NCBI GenBank assembly: GCA_021613535.1
Contig: CP075493.1
Coordinates: 9,548,001 to 9,612,000, forward strand
Origin: Adineta vaga
Taxonomy: Eukaryota > Animalia > Rotifera
Direction of reading: 5' to 3'
Length of the DNA: 64,000 nt
Part shown: one piece after another, positions 14,608-31,170 of the stretch
Layout: every line of letters starts with the position of its first letter
How positions within the stretch are numbered: position 1 is the first letter of the stretch
Position numbers and translations under genes: made by a program
Notes under the pieces: generated by a model
The model's database searches: none
What the model was told of the DNA's origin: nothing
Seen by the model: only the letters and a program-made list of their open reading frames with translations

Positions 14608-15337
14608 TGAACCTAAATTTAAACTTGCGAAGTTCATTTACTCTTTTTTTTCTGTAAATAAAAAAAACAACAAAAATGAAAGATTTTTCACATATAAATT
14701 CAAGATTTTGTCCTAACCCATATGAAAAAAAAACACATAAAACTAACGTCTTGTCTTTTAACGTTGATTTTCGTTTCCTTTCTTCTTTTTTCTTCGGCAT
14801 GTATTTAACTTTTTTGCGCATGTTACTTCCTCTCTTTCTCTTTCTCTTTCTGGCGTCTTCTTTGTTCTTGGTGTGTATATGTACAAACAAGCTAAAGGTC
14901 TTTTCTTTTCTTTTTTTTTGCAATATCGACTTTATCAAAACTATATGAAATAGAATACGCCCTTGGATGATATAAGAAAAGAAAAACTGATGAAATTCTA
15001 TAACTTAAATAAAGTAAAAAAAGTACCAAGAAGATCTTTTTGAAAAATAACATATTCTCATGTGGAGCAAGATTTGTTTACAGTATAAATACAATTACGA
15101 TTAGTAAACGTCGATTAAGTATTTTTTAGAGGTTAATTCCTGTCGAATGATTGTAAATAGATAAGGATTTTCTTATCCTGACTATTTGTAATGTTTACAA
15201 CTTTCAGTTTGAATATATTTCTAATCTTTTTGCGAGAAAAATTTTGTTTTTCTTTAAGAAATTGAGTATTATATTCAAGTTTGTATATATATGTGAAATA
15301 ATAATTGCTACACTGTTGTGAAAACAAAGTTTTTTGT

Positions 15338-16305
15338 TTATAAAATCGAATTGAATTTCATATTTTTTGAAGTTGATGGCGGAGTCGATTCGTCGAAATG
15401 AGTTTTAATATGTAATTTTAAGTGTACCAATTGAGTAAAACGTGCTGAACAAGAATGATTGGGACAAAGATATGGTTTATCACCTGTATGTAAACGAAGA
15501 TGGGTTTTTAAATTGGATGTTGATGAAAATCTTTTTGGACAATATAGACATGCATATGGTCGTTCACCTATTCGAATAAAATCAATTGAATAGAAATGTA
15601 TGAAATAGTTATACCTGAATGGACGAGTGTATGTTTTTGAAGATGAGCAAATTGTGTAAATGATTTTGGACATTGTGGACATGTAAATGGTCTTTCATTC
15701 GTATGAGTTCTTAAATGAACTTTGAGATTAGATAATTGACTGAATGTTTTATAACATTGAACACATTCATAGATGATTTTGCCATTTTCTTTTCTCAATG
15801 GATACGGAAGAGATTTATGACCACGATGATGAACGATAGACGATGATGATTCGGATACTTTATCTTCACCTAAAATTCTTTCGATGGAAAAATTTAATAG
15901 CGAAGATTTATTTGGATTAACAACAGATTGTTTTGGAGAAACTATGAAGAAGAAGACGAATAGCGTAAGTTCAAGTATATAATCGAAATAAGAACATATA
16001 CTTGATTGAAAAGGTTTTCGTGAAGTATTGATTGATTCATCAATCGATTTAGTCATTGCTAATGTATTTGAAATGGTATGAGGGAAACGAAAAGGTAACT
16101 GTAGAAGATCTTCTCGGTCAGAAGATTGACTCATTGACCAACAAGAATCTAATTGCTAAACAGAAAAACAAAACGTGTTTTTTACGACAAAAACTCGATT
16201 GTTATTCATTACTTTTTGTTCCAGAATCATCTCTGCTAGTGATGGTACCATCCATTGATGAAGTATTGGATTCTGATGATATGGATACTGTCTCTGTCGA
16301 ATCAT
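15338..16305 (-). CDS. Blimp-1/PRDM1-type C2H2 zinc finger repressor lacking the PR/SET domain (4 fingers, eh1 motif)
   Basis: Blimp-1 signature [76 protein letters not shown]. First coding exon starts at ATG 16305. The upstream exon (~16365-16411) has stops in all three frames. Confidence 0.85.
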
Positions 16306-17786
16306 ATTTATACACTTCTAGAATGATTTTCAAAGAGATATTTTTCGAAAATAGTCTACTTACGTGTTTTTGTCTGTGAACAAATTCTTCAATTTATTTC
16401 CCTCTCATACATCTATAGGTAACGAAAAAGAAAAGAGAAGAAGTGTTTTTATCCAATCAATTCTCTCTTCGAATCGTTTCTTTTCACAATACACCAATGA
16501 GAACGGATAAAAATATCTCTCTGATGATTGACTGTGTTTGAAAACAAAAAGAGAAGAAAAATTACCGAATCACGATAATAAGGTAACACATTTTCAATAG
16601 TCTATTCAGGTATCTCTATTATATAACAAAATGCGGTTATTTGTTTGATGATCATCTGCAAGTAGCAAATACTTAGAGATGTCTAACGTGAATAACGATG
16701 AGAATGGAAGAAATAAAACTTTATCTGAAACTATGTTTCGACTGTACTATGCGTTGTCGGAGATCAAATACTCAAAGAGACAGTGTCATTTTTCCTTTTT
16801 GTTATCTCTTTTGATCATCATCATCATCATCATCGACATGTCGGTAGAATGGAACATTTCATAATCGAACATCTAATTTAATAGATCAATTGTGTTTGTA
16901 TTATGCTTGAATTTCTTCATGTCAGAAGTTAATCAGTATCGAATGGTATAATCATCGACTTTCTTTTCTTATGAAATTTGAGAACAACAACGACGATGAC
17001 AGAATTTATTTTGTCTTTTCAAGCAAATCGTTTGAACATAGAATAGGGCGGAGTTTATGTCGCCGTCTTTTTTAATATAAAATCGATAAGAAATACAACG
17101 TACGAAATGCTGTCAAACGACATTTTTCATTGTATATTGTTTCGACAATAGAACGGCATGATAAGAAATGAGTCTTTGTCCTCCTGTCATTCTTCGATGG
17201 GCAAAGCAATCATCAAGATAATTAAAGAGAACTGTAGATTAAAAGTCATATTTGAAATATGTCTATGTGTGTGTGAGAGAGAGAGAAAAAGAAATAATTA
17301 AACGTGCCATGAAATTTAGTTGGATAAACGTTATATCTATAATCTATTTGTTTTAGAAAATGATAGCAGAGAAGAATGGACATTGAATTGCTTGAGAAAA
17401 TCAATATAGAGCAAGTGTTGAAAAATGTAATAAATGAAATATTTATTTAAACATTCACATTCTTCTTGGCTGGTTAGTTAGATAAACTTAAATGATATAT
17501 CTTGATTATTGAAAAATGTGATAATCAAGTTTGTCTATCAAACAGATGCCTTGATTGATTCTTTTTAATGGACAAGATATTAGAGAAAGATTATCTTCTA
17601 GAAATGACATCTATTCTTGATGTCGCAATTCTCTAGTTTGAATACGTTAAACGAATTATATTCGATTTTCTCAAAGAAAGAAATGAAGATGTCATTGTTT
17701 GGTTTAACATTCGTACGACGACGACGACGACGGCACGATAGAATTATTTCATATCACGTACTATTTTCTTTCTTTCAAATAACAAA

Positions 17787-20721
<2,935 letters not shown>

Positions 20722-21251
20722 ACAAAACTCGATGTTCTCTTTATACTTTGCTCAACAGAATCAAATTGTATATATACTTCTATTTTTCGTCAGATTGATA
20801 TGTGTGTATGAGAAGGAATGAAAGGAAAATATGTTTTTTTTTATATCTTTATTCAATCATGATAATGTTTGTATTGAAAAAAGGAAAAATTAGATAGAGA
20901 ATTATATTTGAATAATAAAAATTAGCTTTGTTCGTATGTAAAGATTACTTTACAATGGGTTATGCAGCAGTAAGAAAAAAGCGAAAATGAAAAGCTGATA
21001 TGTGATGTTTCGAAAGCTTGCCATTCATGTTATCATGACATGTAGAATTTGCTGACATATTTCTTTTTCCAATCCAATTATCAGTAGAGGACATTGGACA
21101 TACTTGAAACTAAGACATATGTCGCAACTTAAGTCATATCTATTCAGAAATCGTGTAGTTGAATAATTATTTTATTCAAGAAAATAAAGCAAGTAAATTA
21201 AAATAAAATGAGATAAATTTGTCATCTGCATTCTAAAAACTAAATATCATA

Positions 21252-24200
21252 TCACATCAGCTCGCACGTACTTGATGTCACCGAATAATCATTTATTATC
21301 GTTGGATTAGTTGTATTTGCATTAGCTAATTGTACTCCTTTGATTTGTTGTCGATCATGTTCTATGGTTTTTGCATGAATATCTTCGAGATCATGCTTTA
21401 CTTCGTCTGGTTTTACTGAACAGTCAATAGCTGGTAATGGAGTTTCAGTAATCACATCGTTATTATCATCTGGTTCACCGTCAGAATCATCGATCACAGG
21501 CTCTGATTCAGTGCTTTTGTAAATACTGTCTTACTAAATTGACCTGTTTTCATTTTTGATGATGAAAACTTGCAGTTAAAATGATAAATAAAACGATATG
21601 AAGTGATTGGTTGTTGAACCTTTATTTTCGTAGAAATGTTCAAACCACTATTATTCTTATCATTATCATCCTCAATTTCACTATCATAATCGTCGGAACT
21701 CATTTCATTAAATGCATCCATTTGTTGAACTAGTCTTTTGGCAGCTGAATTGCTATCTCGATTCGATTTCCTAACGCACAAAACATTAAGAAAACGTAGT
21801 AATAATCAATGAATATAGACTAAATCAATCTTTCTTTCTATCTACCTGCTAGGTAATGCTTGGATCTTTGATTGTAATTCTGGATCATCTGGATCAGCAA
21901 TTAATAACGTTAACAATCGACGATCATTCATTCCCATTACAACAAAATCTTTATTTGCTACCATTCTTGTCACATGATCATAAATAAATAATCGTGCTAA
22001 TTGACGGCGATCCTTTACTCGATACATATATAAAAGACGAGGTCGAATCACAACAAAAACATAATCACCACATTCATTCACACACATTTGTTCACATGTA
22101 TTTTCTAGTTCAATTGGTTGATGAGAAGTACCTGAATGTGGATTATGTATAAGTAATTGATTGTTATCATGAGTAACTGTTGATAAACAATTCTTTTTCG
22201 CATCGTATAAATCGACATTACCAAATGATGTTAGTTGATAAGATGGTTTGGATGAGAATTCTATGCGACATGAAACGAGAGATTTAGTTTCGAAATAGAA
22301 GATGACATAATCTTGTGAATAATCACTGATCATTTTCGATATGGACAATGATGAAGAGTGTTGTTTGAAATCAATGTTCATATAAATGATTTTGTCTGTT
22401 GTACAAATAGCTAATGAAAGTTGATCATCAGCTAGAACGATTAGCATTTGTTGTGAATTGAATGTTAAAATAGAGCTAAATAGTTTTGTACATTTAATGT
22501 TGAGTTGTTTTGTTGATGTTTGATTGAATTTCTTGTTGTTTTGTTGAATATATTGAAGTGATCCATCATTGGAAAGTAGAATGAAAGTATTGTTATCAAT
22601 AGAAAGGACACGTGATGGACACCAAGTCGAAGACGAAGAAGTGGATCTTTATTCAATGATTTCAATGCATAAATTTCAGCTGAATTTTGACTTGTAATGA
22701 TGAGAACAGCTGTATTCGGTAAGACAGCGTAATCATTGATAGTGACCGTATCGAGTAAAACACGTCGTGACTCGATTTCAGTTGAATGTTGATATAACCA
22801 TAAAGTCAATTCTCTAAACACAACAAATATGTTTGAGTTGCTTTGAATGAATGTAAATTAACTTACTGTTTTAATATATCGACTGTAATTGCATTTGTTC
22901 CAGATAATTGAATACTATCAATAACTTCTGTTGTACGTGAAAATGGTGGAATATTTTTCGCTGCATTATGTGCAGCAAATGTATGATATGCATTAATGGC
23001 TCCATTTTGTAATGAACATAAAAATAAACCAGCTATTGAAAGAAAAAGAAATAAGTATTGCTCTATGTAATATAAGCGCTATCAAATATATGTACCTGAA
23101 TCTTTTGCTGGTTTGATGGTAAGCACTGAAGATGAACTGATATCGATGGCAACAAATAACTGATAGACATGATGCATAGTAATTTTCTCATCTATATGAT
23201 CATCTTCTTCTGCGATACAACGCCATTTGTAGATATTAATAATACCTCGCCGTGCAGTGTACACAAGATGTGGATGTTCAATGCATATCGAAGCAATATC
23301 ACATTGATCAGGAATACATAGATATGATATATCTCTTCCTTTACATACGTGCACAATATATAAAGATTCTTTTGTTATAATCATAAAAAATAATTTCATT
23401 GATAGATCTATTATATCTTTTTTATTTTCTGGTACTATAATTTTACGATATGGTTTTGAAGTAATAGGTGGATTGAAAGCAACGATTGATTTCATTATTT
23501 TTCCATCAGTTACAACTACATCTGTTTTACTAATTTCTTCTATATCAATATGAGCAAAATCAATGGGAACCATTGCATCAAATGTACAAATTAATTGATC
23601 TCTACAAATCACCATCGCATCTAAATGTTTACCAGCATCGATTGTTGCACGATGATTAAAAGTAGAATCATTGAACGTATAAAAGAGAATAGTACCATCA
23701 TGAAGAGCAATAATAATCACTAGTGAAGATAGATTTGAACATAAAACTTGTTTAATTGATGATTTTGTTTTAAGATCGAGTTTTGCAAACAATTTATTTT
23801 GTCCAATATGCCAACATTCAAGAGAGTTTGAACCTTCTTCAACAAAAAGACATAAACCTATTACGCGATCAATAACTTCAACAAATAAATATCCTCGAGA
23901 AGATGTTTGATGAAATTTCATATCACCATGATTGGATACGAGATAAATATGATGAGTTGAATTAACCAAAAACATAAACTTCTTAAAATATTCATCATCA
24001 TCTGAATCGGAATTTTTCAAATCATCATCATAACCAATTTTCTTCGATGTTTTTTCTTTATTGAACGCCATAATCGCATTTGATAATGTTGTTGAATCTA
24101 AATATGGTTCGTCTATTATCGGCAAGTTCATATCAATTACTGTATCACCATTTCTCATGTTAATTACAACGATCTTATTTGAAAGTGATATAGCAGCCAT

Positions 24201-27200
24201 TTGGTTATTTGCAAAGTCTAGATCAACAACAGGCATTGTATGTTTATTCATCGAGTAGAGAAGACCATTTCCTGGTGGTTGTAATTCACAATAAGGTACG
24301 ATTAATGCACAATGTCGAGGACTTTGTTCATCACATTGTTTGATTAATTGAGTAATATACGGTTTCGATCCGTATAATGTAACTAGACGTGCAGTTAATT
24401 CGAATGCATAATTACTAGGATATTCATTGAGTAGAATACCAAATAAAAGATAAGTAGGTGAAAGATATGAAAGTTCTTTTTGAATTTCTTTAACTTCAGT
24501 CGATGATTTAAAATTTGATTGATTCTGAAATGTATCGACATCCTGTGTAATATCGACAAATGACGAACAACTGAATTTTGCATCTAAAATAGAAGTAAGA
24601 GAAGAAAAGGATTAGATGATATCTCTTGTTCAAAAATTTACGTACGCATAAATGAATAATTAAATAGAATTTCTTCTGCAGCGATTGGAAGTGATATATC
24701 AGGTGCTAGCTTGCTCAAAAATTGAGGTAATTCATTTAGTTTTCGTTTATTATATTGCACTTGACCATCAGAACCCACGAATTCAGTAGGTTGAGATGTT
24801 GTAAAACGATTTGCTTGAATTTCACCATCAGATCGATCTAGTTTATATTTATGAACTAATTTTGGATCTTCGATTTTAAATGGTTTATTTTTTCCTTTCC
24901 ATGTCTCTTTGAAAAAATCTACTACATTTTGAAAAACATTCATTCGATCGGTAGCATTTAAATTTGATACGTAAAGCTCTCGAGCTACTTCAATAAATCG
25001 ACGATGATACCTAAAGAAGACGAAAAAATATCAATTTAAGACTGTTTCTACACTTTACATATAACTTTTGTTGTATGATACGATAAATCAAAGATAGATT
25101 GACATGTTTATAATTTGTACAGTTCTTTTAAATTACAAATACTGTTTTATTATTTATTTTGTACTATCAAATTACAATTAAAACTACGTGAAAATATATC
25201 CTTGTCATGATAAACTAAGAGGTTTTACCAACATGCCATCATTAGAAATATTCACATCAATTTTCAATCTACAATAACAATCGAATGAAATTAGAACAAT
25301 TTATGTTTTTCAAACACGATACAACCCTCCTTCATTATTTTTTATCATCTCTCTTAAGAAATATGTCAAACGATAACATTGAATAGGTATGAAAATATCA
25401 TTATCTTACCAATATATGACAGGTGCATCATCGACTTCTTTCTCGGTAATATATTCATCTAAATCATTTCGAATCCTTGTCCATAATATGCCTGGTAAAC
25501 GACGTACAGGTGGAATGTAATGTTGAAAAACACTTTTCAATACATCATCATCAAGTGAAAGAACATCTTCTAATTCATTTTGACTGATTCCACTTCTAAA
25601 AGCTGTCATGTAACATAATGCTCGACTAAATAAGACATAATGATGAATAACTTGTAAACGCTGAAATAAATAACGAATACAATCATCAACATCTTTCAAA
25701 TCATTTAATTTTTCATCGATTGTATCATATGAATGCCAAGTAGAAATAATATCAAAGACAAGTTTCATAAATAATGGTAAAATTTCATTTCTTGTCTCCA
25801 TAAAATTCTTGATAAATAAACTTTGTTCTTCGCTTAATGATCGATGTTTCATTGCAAGCCAATCGTTATAAACAATTGTCACTGTCGATGGTTCAAATGG
25901 TGGAACACGAATGAATATGTCTGCATCTTCTTGTAAGAGACCTTGCAAATAATCATATATTCCGCCATGATCTGGTAATGTGGATATGATACATTTGACA
26001 TTAGATGGAAATTGAATTGGTAACCATTTACAATCGTATGCATCTATTTGTAATTGATCGATTGAATCAAGTAAAATAACAAGATACTCATTATCAGGAA
26101 TTTGTGAAAGAAGATTTATTTCAAGTTGATCACGAAGTTGATTCACAGTTGGATAAGCATTCATTGACATATTGTAGATTTCACAGATTTGTCGAGATAT
26201 CGAAAGTAAAGTTTTATAAATAGTCGAAGAAGTTGGTGTTGTTCTGAAATAATCGAAATATCTTTACTTTAGCTTCTTTTTCTAAAAGATCCTGAAACGT
26301 ACCCAAGAAAACGTAAGATGACAGAAACAGATCGATTTGGCCACCATTTGAATACCTGCAATGGAATTAACAGTAGTTCATAAGATCAAGTCAAAATGCT
26401 ATTAAACATACTTCTGTTGCCGTTTTTGCTAATACACTCGTTTTACCACATCCTGAATGACCATGTACAACACATGGTCGACATTCTTTTTTGTTCTTCA
26501 CAAATTGTTCCAACTAAAAATTCAAGGATTCATATTATATCTCTATACATACGAAATGTCTCATATACTTTTGATAAAACATCACTTCTTCCATGAAATT
26601 TGCTCACATATGTTTTACATTGAATTGCATGTTCCAATACTTCATGTTGTAAATCATCAGATGAAATTCTTAATCGTGCTTGAACACATCGATCAATTTG
26701 TTCTTTCATTGCTTGATAAAAATCATTATTAAATTTATCAAGATATTCAATATGGCGTTGTCGTGTAATTCCATCTGGTGACCACCGTACTTGATATTTA
26801 TAGACATTTGAGGATTTTAATGCTGCTGGAATACGAACGGTTTTCAGTCGTTCGAGTAACTTTTCTGCTTCTTGATCAACATCAGATGATGTTGACATGT
26901 CGATATATTTTGATACTTTATCATCTGATAAATGCTCACGAATATCGACAATTTCACGTAGAAAACATAAAGTTCGTTCATTTGCATCTTTAGCTAAGAG
27001 AATACCATTGACAATCTCTTTCTCTGTGACTAAGATTTCAGAAGAATGAGCAAGTAGATGAGCAGAAGAAGAAAACTTACTGGAAATGAAAAATTCATCA
27101 TAATCACTTTCAGAGATTTGTTTTCGTTGAAGACATAATTCTGCTGCTCGTCGAAGACATGTTCTCAATTGATTACTAATATTTCTCCATTGCTTGTCGG

Positions 27201-27984
27201 CTTGTTTTACTTCATCTGTGTTCTATCAGAACGAAAAAATATGAAACAAAAATTTAATTGTTCTGTTTCCTACTTTAGAAACAAAATCTGGTAGAATGGA
27301 TGAGATATTTTGTAAGATATATGCATGTGGAATACAATTTGTATCAATCTTATACCACTGTGTCAATAGTTCACCATCATGTGTTTGATCTTCTTCTTTA
27401 AGAATAGTTTCTTTGAGTGGCTCGAAAAGTGGTGCACGAATCTGAGCTGGAATCGGTCGTGAACCATATCGATGACTGAGTAGAACCTATTTCGAAGAAT
27501 TATAGTTAACAAAAATGTCTCGTATTGAAAATGAACAAACCACAAAGTTAGTTGCAACAGAATATTTTTTGCACAGTTCAATTTCTTTGAGGCATGTAGC
27601 AACTTCTCCATGATTGTTAGCCGATTCAGTCTGAATGCCCCATCTCATATCAGCATACTAGAATATACAGCGCGACAGTCGGAAAAGGAAATGTTTTCTC
27701 AAATCAATTGAAATCATTACGTACTTGAAATTCTAAACCATATTGTTGTCGACAATAGTCTTTGAGTTTAGGGAATATATTTTCGATTAATGAATCTCGT
27801 TCAGCTAAAGTGTCTAGAAATGTACATGTATCATAAGATAGAAAGTGCGTCAAAAAGATATGAGAAAATAAAGTTATGAACCTGTGAATGTTGAACTAAC
27901 AAAAACTCGGACAACTTTTGATCTAACATCGGGAAGTTCTTGAGATCGACCACGTAGAACATCAAAGTAATAAGATGATTTCAT
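21252..27984 (-). CDS. NWD1/NWD2-like STAND protein: DUF4062 + NACHT + WD40 repeats (two apparent 1-nt frameshifts)
   Basis: VRVFVSSTFTD and YADMRWGI (DUF4062), FHGRSDVL, HGHSGCGKTS Walker A, VILRFLGTTP, ILLDSIDQL Walker B, ELEDVLSLDDDVL..VFQHYIPPVRRLP, then a long beta-propeller-like region. Frame breaks at ~22620 and ~21516. Start codon uncertain. Confidence 0.87.
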
Positions 27985-28642
27985 ACTAAAACTGAAGAAA
28001 ATAGTATCGTTTTCAAACGTTGATGCATTTACGCAAAAGATAGCAGACAGAGCAATATTGTCTTTTCCATACTGAGTATTCAAGTTACTTCAAAACTTTG
28101 AGAAACTATGCGTCGCATCACTCTTTGATCGTTTTTCATCCCCAACAGAAGTTTGATTAAGAGCGGTATAGACAAATTGTTATTATGAGTGGTTAAGGAT
28201 AGTAGCAACTAGAGCAAAAGCAGATGACCTATATTTAGATGAGAATTAACGGAGATGAAGTCGCAATTTAATTGTATAGATTCAAAAAATCTTGAAGAAT
28301 TATTCTGAATGTTCCGGTTTAAAAGTAAATGCGCAACAAATTCCAAGATAAACTGACGTTTCACAACAGAATACGCTGCTGTATGTATGTGTTTACATTG
28401 ATGTTCAATAAAATATTGTGAAATTACTTGAAAAAAGTAGATCAAATTCTCAAGTAACTACACTACACACTACTACATGCGTTTTTCAATACATCTTAGC
28501 TACCATAGTTACACCATCTGTCTCTGAATTCAAACTAATGATTTGTTCGCATAGTCAACCAATAACATTTCAACAGAACAGACGATAGGATAGAGATATA
28601 GCATACATTTTTTCCATTTCATTTTACTTCATTTCAATCTCA

Positions 28643-30960
28643 ATGATGTCTTCAGTCTATATAAATCTCGTTCTTATTTCAACTCTATTAACCTTAGTTC
28701 TCAGTGGAAATGTTGAACATGCGATCTTACGTGGTATTCCTACTTCACGTAAGCATGATTTTTGAAGTAATAACCAATTGAAGAACTTCTGTTAAAAATT
28801 TAGAACTGCCTAAATATGTGTCTTCAAAACCATTTTCTTGTCTTGATGGTTCATCAACTATTCCATTCGAATTTGTGAATGATGATTATTGTGATTGTCG
28901 AGGTAAATTAATATGAAAATTTATTACAAAATAGAGTTTCTCTCGTCATCTATTTAGATGGAAGTGATGAACCCGGAACATCGGCTTGTCCAAATGGACG
29001 ATTTTTTTGTGAAAATAAAGGTTATGTTGGCACAATAATACCATCACATTTTGTAGGAGATGGTGTATGCGGTAAGTCAATGATTAAATTCGATCAAAAG
29101 CAATCTTTTCCTCTATTATGTAATTTGAATAGATTGTTGTGATGGAACTGATGAATATGAAACAAAGATTGTTTGTAATAATACATGTTTGTAAGTATTG
29201 TAGTTAATTAAAATGAATAATATTGATTTGTTTTGTAGTGAATTGGCTCAAAAGAATCAAGCAGAACGTGAAGCACGTCGCGCATTGCATGCAGCAGGTG
29301 TGGCTAAAAAGTTAGAAATTATAACTCAATCAGTTGTTATCAAAGCAGATCGAGAAGTAAATTGAAGTGAATAGAATAGAATTAAAAGACATGTGAATTT
29401 TTCATAGGAACGTCTGAAAGAATTTGAACAAAATCTACAAAAACTTGAAAGTGAATTGAAAGAAAAAGAAGGTAAAATAAAATTTAAACATATAGAACAA
29501 TAGAATTTTGTGTAATTCTTCGTTTTAATAGAATTAAAAAATCAAGCAGAAGCTCCAGAAAATGAAGCAAAAGAGAAACATCAAAAATTATGGGAAGGTA
29601 TGATTGTTGAATATATATTGAAATTCATTTTATCTTCAAATCTCACAAATAGAACAACGTGCTATTCGTGAAGCTATTGCACGTGATAATCAAATGCGTG
29701 AAATGTTTGCAGAATTAGATACTAACAATGATACTTTGTAAGTATATGAAGATTTCAAGATTTGTATTGATATTTCATTTTTGAAACTAGAATATCAATT
29801 GATGAATTACAAAAACATCCTGAACTTGATACTGATCATGAAAATGAATTTACCGTCGATGAAGTTCGAGTATGTAATTTCGTTATACAATTTTGTTAGA
29901 GAAAGATTTCTCGTATGAATACTTCTATCAAAAACGAGTAGAAATATTCGAGATTTCAGACGGATTTGTAATTTTTCTTTATGTTCATTAGTCTATACTT
30001 GGTGCTGATTCGGTTAATTTTGAAGAATTTAATGTGACTGTATATGAACAAATATCAAATTCCTATAAAAAATTACAAGAACCGGCAAGTGAAATTCCTG
30101 TCGATTTAAATGATATTGCTGCATCAACAGAAGCATATTTAAAACAAAAAGAAGATAAAGAAGTAGAACAACAAGAACAAGAACAAGAACAAGAACAAGA
30201 TCAACATCATTATGAAGAAGAAACACCTAATCATGAAGACGATGAGGAACATGATTTTGATCAACATGAAAATCCATCACCTATGGCAACAGTAAAACAA
30301 TCAGAAGATAAATCTCAAAATCGAAATTATTTTTATATATTTTTAGTCACTTGAACATGAAAAACATATTCATGACGATACAGTTCCGGAATATGATGAT
30401 GAAACGAAACGATTGATTCAAATAGCTGATCAAGCACGTAATGAATACAATGAAATCGAACGACGTGTCCATGATATGAAACGAGAAGTCGAGTTAGTAA
30501 ATTTGATATTTTATTCTTTATTTTTATTTATTTTTAATTTTTTTCTAGTGATTTAAAACGACAATCGGATGTTGATGTAGGTGTTCATGGTGAATACGCT
30601 GCTTTCATTGATCAATGTTATGATTATGAAGAACGTGAATATACTTATCGCATTTGTATGTTTAAAGATGCTAAACAGATTCCAAAAGGTGGTGGTGGGG
30701 ACGTGACTGTTGGTTATTGGGATTCTTGGGTTGGACCAGCAGATAATAAATATTTAAAAATGAAATATTCAAATGGTGCTACCTGTTGGAATGGTCCAGC
30801 TCGATCCTTAACAGTTACATTTCGTTGTGGTATTGAACATAAACCTGTTGATGTACGTGAACCAACTCGATGTGAATATGCAATGATATTTGAAACACCC
30901 TCAGCATGTGATGAAAAAATCGCTTCTGCTACATTACATCATGGTCATGAAGAATTTTAA
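28643..30960 (+). CDS. PRKCSH: Glucosidase II beta subunit (PRKCSH)
   Basis: Signal peptide, [34 protein letters not shown] LDLa-like region, EF-hand-like segment, acidic tract, MRH domain ([16 protein letters not shown]...[15 protein letters not shown]) and ER-retention-like HEEF end. Confidence 0.94.
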
Positions 30961-31170
30961 TTCGATCCTCTTATCTTTCTTTTCGATAAATCTCATTCCG
31001 ATGTGCCAAATTGTTGACGTTATTCTTCGTAGTTAGAATCTGCTTATTCTCTGTTGTTATGATCGGTGACATACATGTTGTTCGCTTAGGAGTGTTATTC
31101 TATTCATCTCACTTTTTTATATGCAATGGCTCCTTATCTCTTTCAAAATATAAAAAAAAAACGCAATATC

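Noticed and set aside
30946-30960. Non-canonical ER-retention signal HEEF on PRKCSH
   Set aside because: Falls within known HDEL/HEEL/HDEF-type variants; not novel.
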